From NCBI GenBank assembly GCA_051532055.1, contig JAOPTX010000025.1, forward strand, positions 1 to 64,000: 64,000 bases of DNA, in the 5' to 3' direction. Below are positions 61,018-64,000 of this stretch, in pieces (the stretch's first letter is position 1; each line of letters opens with the position of its first letter). The notes below the pieces were generated by a model. The model saw nothing but the letters and a program-made list of their open reading frames with translations. It searched no databases and was not told the DNA's origin. The stretch is from Fibrobacterales bacterium (GTDB taxonomy: Bacteria; Fibrobacterota; Fibrobacteria; Fibrobacterales; JAOPTW01). The position numbers and the translations under genes were made by a program.

Positions 61018-62073
61018 TTGGATAGATACCTTGCATGCCTTGCCTGGGTACAAATGAATAGGGGCGCTCTAGTGGCTGATGAAAGTGTAAGAAAAAGACT
61101 CGGACTGTTTCTCAATGATGATACCGCTCTAATCGATAAGTATATCGAAAAGTTTGGCGAGCGAGTTGCTATGAAAAATATCAAAGCATTACGTGATGAT
61201 TTTGAGGTTGAAAGCGATGAAGTTGAATCAGAGGCAGACTCGAGTTTGGAGTCGCCGATATATACCATCAAAGTTACCTGCCCAGTATGTGGTACCGTAG
61301 ATCTCAATTCACAAGCACTTAAAGCAAAGTCACTGGTTATTACGAATAACCGTTTTTTTGCACCAACCTATTCTGGGGCGAGTGGGTTTCAAAGTGTTGA
61401 CTATAACCGCTGTGCGGTAACCGTTTGTAATAAATGTTATTTTGCAAGTCCCGACAGAAATGATTTTATCACATTCTCAAATGTGACCCGGTCGGAAAAG
61501 CCTTCTCAACTTTCTCGGATAATTATTAATCAACTGGAAGAAGATACTGAGAACAGAAGTACCTTTTTTAATGAAAATAGCGGTACAAATAACCTTTTTG
61601 AGTCGAAAAAAGATATAAAACAGTCCATTTTATCCTATAGATTGGCAATAATGCGGGCACAGATTGAAATTATAGACAAAGGCCCTTATGCTGCCTATAA
61701 AGCAGGATCATACGCTCTTAAAATAGCCCTTTTTGAGCAAATGCAAGGGAATGATGATACGCTAGCTCTTAAAGAATCCCTTGATTTTTACAAAGTGGCT
61801 TTCGAAAACTCTGATTACCCCAGTGAAGATGTTGAATATCGCACCTGTTATGTTATTGCCGCGCTATTACTCCGTGTTGGAGGAAGAGAGAAAGAAGCGA
61901 GGCAGTTTATGAGTGTTCTTGATCGTATTAAATCAGAGCTTGAACAGGATAAGAGTAATCCTAGTCAGCATGCACTTCTGGTCTCTATTAATCGATGGAA
62001 GGATACCGCCCAAAACCTCTGGGACGATCGGGAGTATGAAGACCTGTGGGATCTCCCCAAGTCCCCAAAATAA
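61018..62073 (+). CDS. DUF2225-like Zn-ribbon plus TPR-like protein
   Basis: KVTCPVCG and VCNKCYFA followed by helical repeats; start uncertain. Confidence 0.55.
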   Translation: MDRYLACLAWVQMNRGALVADESVRKRLGLFLNDDTALIDKYIEKFGERVAMKNIKALRDDFEVESDEVESEADSSLESPIYTIKVTCPVCGTVDLNSQALKAKSLVITNNRFFAPTYSGASGFQSVDYNRCAVTVCNKCYFASPDRNDFITFSNVTRSEKPSQLSRIIINQLEEDTENRSTFFNENSGTNNLFESKKDIKQSILSYRLAIMRAQIEIIDKGPYAAYKAGSYALKIALFEQMQGNDDTLALKESLDFYKVAFENSDYPSEDVEYRTCYVIAALLLRVGGREKEARQFMSVLDRIKSELEQDKSNPSQHALLVSINRWKDTAQNLWDDREYEDLWDLPKSPK

Positions 62074-62197
62074 AAATTTAGATTTCTGCTTCGCATTACT
62101 GCGTTGTGTTCATCCTCAAGACATTCACATACTGATGTATGCTTCGTGCCTTTCGTCTTCACCCGCCTTGTTCTACTTTGCATAAATCGAAATTTTA
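62071..62197. repeat. Palindromic intergenic element, copy 2 (reverse orientation to copy 1)
   Basis: Minus strand reads ACAAGGCG...gcatac-atca-gtatgtga...CAACGCAGTAAT, with terminal inverted arms. Confidence 0.65.
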
Positions 62198-62358
62198 GTC
62201 CTTAAATATTTGGGGAGTTTGTGGTGTAAAGGCTTTTTTATGGTGACTACAGGAATATTGTTTGTGTAGAGTTTCAGGTAAAAACGGACAAATTACTTTA
62301 ATAAGGGCTAAATCCACTGTTTTCAATGGGTTAAACAGTGAGAAAATGAAAAAACCAT

Positions 62359-62385
62359 TAAGTGCCACTTTTAAAGAGTCGATAT
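62359..62385 (+). promoter_or_regulatory. Sigma-28 (FliA)-type promoter
   Basis: TAAG-N15-GTCGATAT versus consensus TAAA-N15-GCCGATAA, upstream of fliD. Confidence 0.6.
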
Positions 62386-62423
62386 AAAGTAATAGAGGTT
62401 ACAGAGGAACATGAGGTTATAAA

Positions 62424-64000
62424 ATGGCTGGATTATCTGCAGGAGGCATGGTCTCGGGGATAGATACAAATGCTATCATTGATGGACTCTCAGAAATTGA
62501 GATGACTCGTGTTGCCCGTGTTGAAAACAAGAAAAAAGTTGTAGAGGCAAGACAAGAGTCATTTAACGACCTTACTGGCCGAATTGGAACATTAGCAGGT
62601 CTCGCCAAAAATATGGCAGACAAAGATTCATTTAATCTATTCACATCAAAATCTGATGATGATGATGTTGTTACCCTAGAAGGTGATGAAGGCGCTTCAG
62701 CTGGTTCGTTTGAAATAGAAGTACAGCAGCTTGCTTCAAAACAGAAAGCTGGCTCACAATCATTTAGTTCATTTACATCAACTGCTGGACTGACGGGTAC
62801 TTTCGAAGTATCAAAAACGAAATCAGCTATTGAAAATGATCCTACAGAAACAACAATAGAAATAGAGATAGCGGCAACTGATACGCTCAAGGATATCGCT
62901 ACAAAAATTAATAGTACTGATGGAGCGGGTATTAGTGCATCAATTCTTTCTCTTTCTGACAATGACCACCGTCTTATCATAACAAGTATAGATGAAGGTA
63001 CCGATGGTTTTTTCATGAAAGATACCATTGGCAGTGTGTTGGGCGCGGCTGGTCTCGGTTTTTTATCTGAAAATGGGGGGGCTGTAACACAGGCGGTTCG
63101 CTCTGAATTTAATCTCGTTAATCAAGCAGGAATGGCGATTTCAGAAACAGATGAGCTTGATAAGCTATCAACAGGCCTTGGACTAAATAATTTAAGTTTA
63201 AATGATAGTATAACCATTAATGGTACTATGGCTGATGGATCTGCTATTGCAGCGACGGACTTTGTATTTAATCCAGCAGTAGATACTGTTGGTAACCTTC
63301 TTACTGCAATTGAAGGGGCTTATGGTGGTACCGTAAATGCATCACTTAATCAATCAGGTGAAATTGTACTACAAGACATAACGGGTGGGCTTAATGAAAT
63401 GACCCTTGATCTTACATTCAATGATGTAGATGCAGATGGTTCTTCACTCAATATGGGTGGTTCAAAAGTAGTGAATCTTTTTAATAACGTACTTGCAGAG
63501 GGCAAAAAATCATTTTATAAGATTGATGGCCTTGCAATGAGTGCGCAATCAAATTCTGATGAAAACACTGTACGCGGTACAAAAATTAATTTTCATGGGC
63601 TTCCAGAGGTTCCAGGTGAAGCGGTTAAAGTTTCTTTAACTCGTGATTATAAAGGTATTGAAGAACGCATAAAAGGCTTTATAGAACAGTTTAATTCAGT
63701 GATGGATTTCATTGATGAAAAATCAAAAGTTAATGTTAAAGAAAAAGAAGCAGGCGATAGTAGTTCGCAATCTGAAGTTGAAGATAAAGGGGTTTTCTCA
63801 GGAGATTCAACGGTAAGACGCCTAAAACAAGAGCTCCGGAACATGATGACAGGTGCTATTGAAGAGTTGTCGACGCAAACTCAGTACACTTCACTTTCAC
63901 GTATTGGGATTACAACAAATTCTACATCAGGTCATTTAGAGATAGACTCGGAAGATCTCGAAAAAGCACTCTCTATGGATTTTGAAGGGGTGCGTGCACT
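62424..64000 (+). CDS. fliD: Flagellar filament cap protein, 3' end outside window
   Basis: Absent from the ORF track because it has no stop in the window; MAGLSAGGMVSGIDTNAIIDGL, IEVQQLASKQK, DTLKDIATKIN, GVFSGDSTVRRL, LSRIGITT. Confidence 0.9.
   Translation, partial: MAGLSAGGMVSGIDTNAIIDGLSEIEMTRVARVENKKKVVEARQESFNDLTGRIGTLAGLAKNMADKDSFNLFTSKSDDDDVVTLEGDEGASAGSFEIEVQQLASKQKAGSQSFSSFTSTAGLTGTFEVSKTKSAIENDPTETTIEIEIAATDTLKDIATKINSTDGAGISASILSLSDNDHRLIITSIDEGTDGFFMKDTIGSVLGAAGLGFLSENGGAVTQAVRSEFNLVNQAGMAISETDELDKLSTGLGLNNLSLNDSITINGTMADGSAIAATDFVFNPAVDTVGNLLTAIEGAYGGTVNASLNQSGEIVLQDITGGLNEMTLDLTFNDVDADGSSLNMGGSKVVNLFNNVLAEGKKSFYKIDGLAMSAQSNSDENTVRGTKINFHGLPEVPGEAVKVSLTRDYKGIEERIKGFIEQFNSVMDFIDEKSKVNVKEKEAGDSSSQSEVEDKGVFSGDSTVRRLKQELRNMMTGAIEELSTQTQYTSLSRIGITTNSTSGHLEIDSEDLEKALSMDFEGVRA

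Noticed and set aside
62417..63844. Minus-strand ORFs 62417-63028 and 63647-63844
   Set aside because: They are antisense shadows of fliD, which runs off the window on the plus strand.

Overview
AT-rich bacterial chromosomal window. Gene content (short RpoD-type sigma factor, Wzi-like beta-barrel proteins, long SLBB exporter, Ser-rich lipoproteins, flagellar cap) suggests an FCB-group, possibly Fibrobacterota-like organism; this is inference. From left to right: the 3' end of a repetitive surface/fibre-like protein and an FGE-sulfatase lipoprotein; a minus-strand run (malQ, TPR protein, sigma factor, mrp, Wzi-like); ugd; a ~900 bp intergenic region that looks like a replication origin with non-canonical DnaA boxes; a ~34 kb Wzx/Wzy polysaccharide locus (manC, rfbACDB, dTDP-3-amino-sugar genes, GT11, GT2/GT4, MBOAT pair, wzz, gmd, fcl, SLBB exporter) interrupted by two paralogous lipoproteins and an RCC1-repeat gene flanked by a displaced gene 3' end; a GH149-like phosphorylase divergent from a family-5 ABC importer; prmC-prfA; a GGDEF protein; a degenerate lpxK; a DUF2225-like gene; and the start of fliD. 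The most notable signals are the oriC-like locus, a strong enrichment of the Bacteroidota O-glycosylation sequon D-[ST]-[AILVMT] in exported proteins, a gene 3'-end replacement scar, and three related ~105-127 bp palindromic elements. No rRNA, tRNA, CRISPR array, transposase, integrase or reverse transcriptase was recognised.
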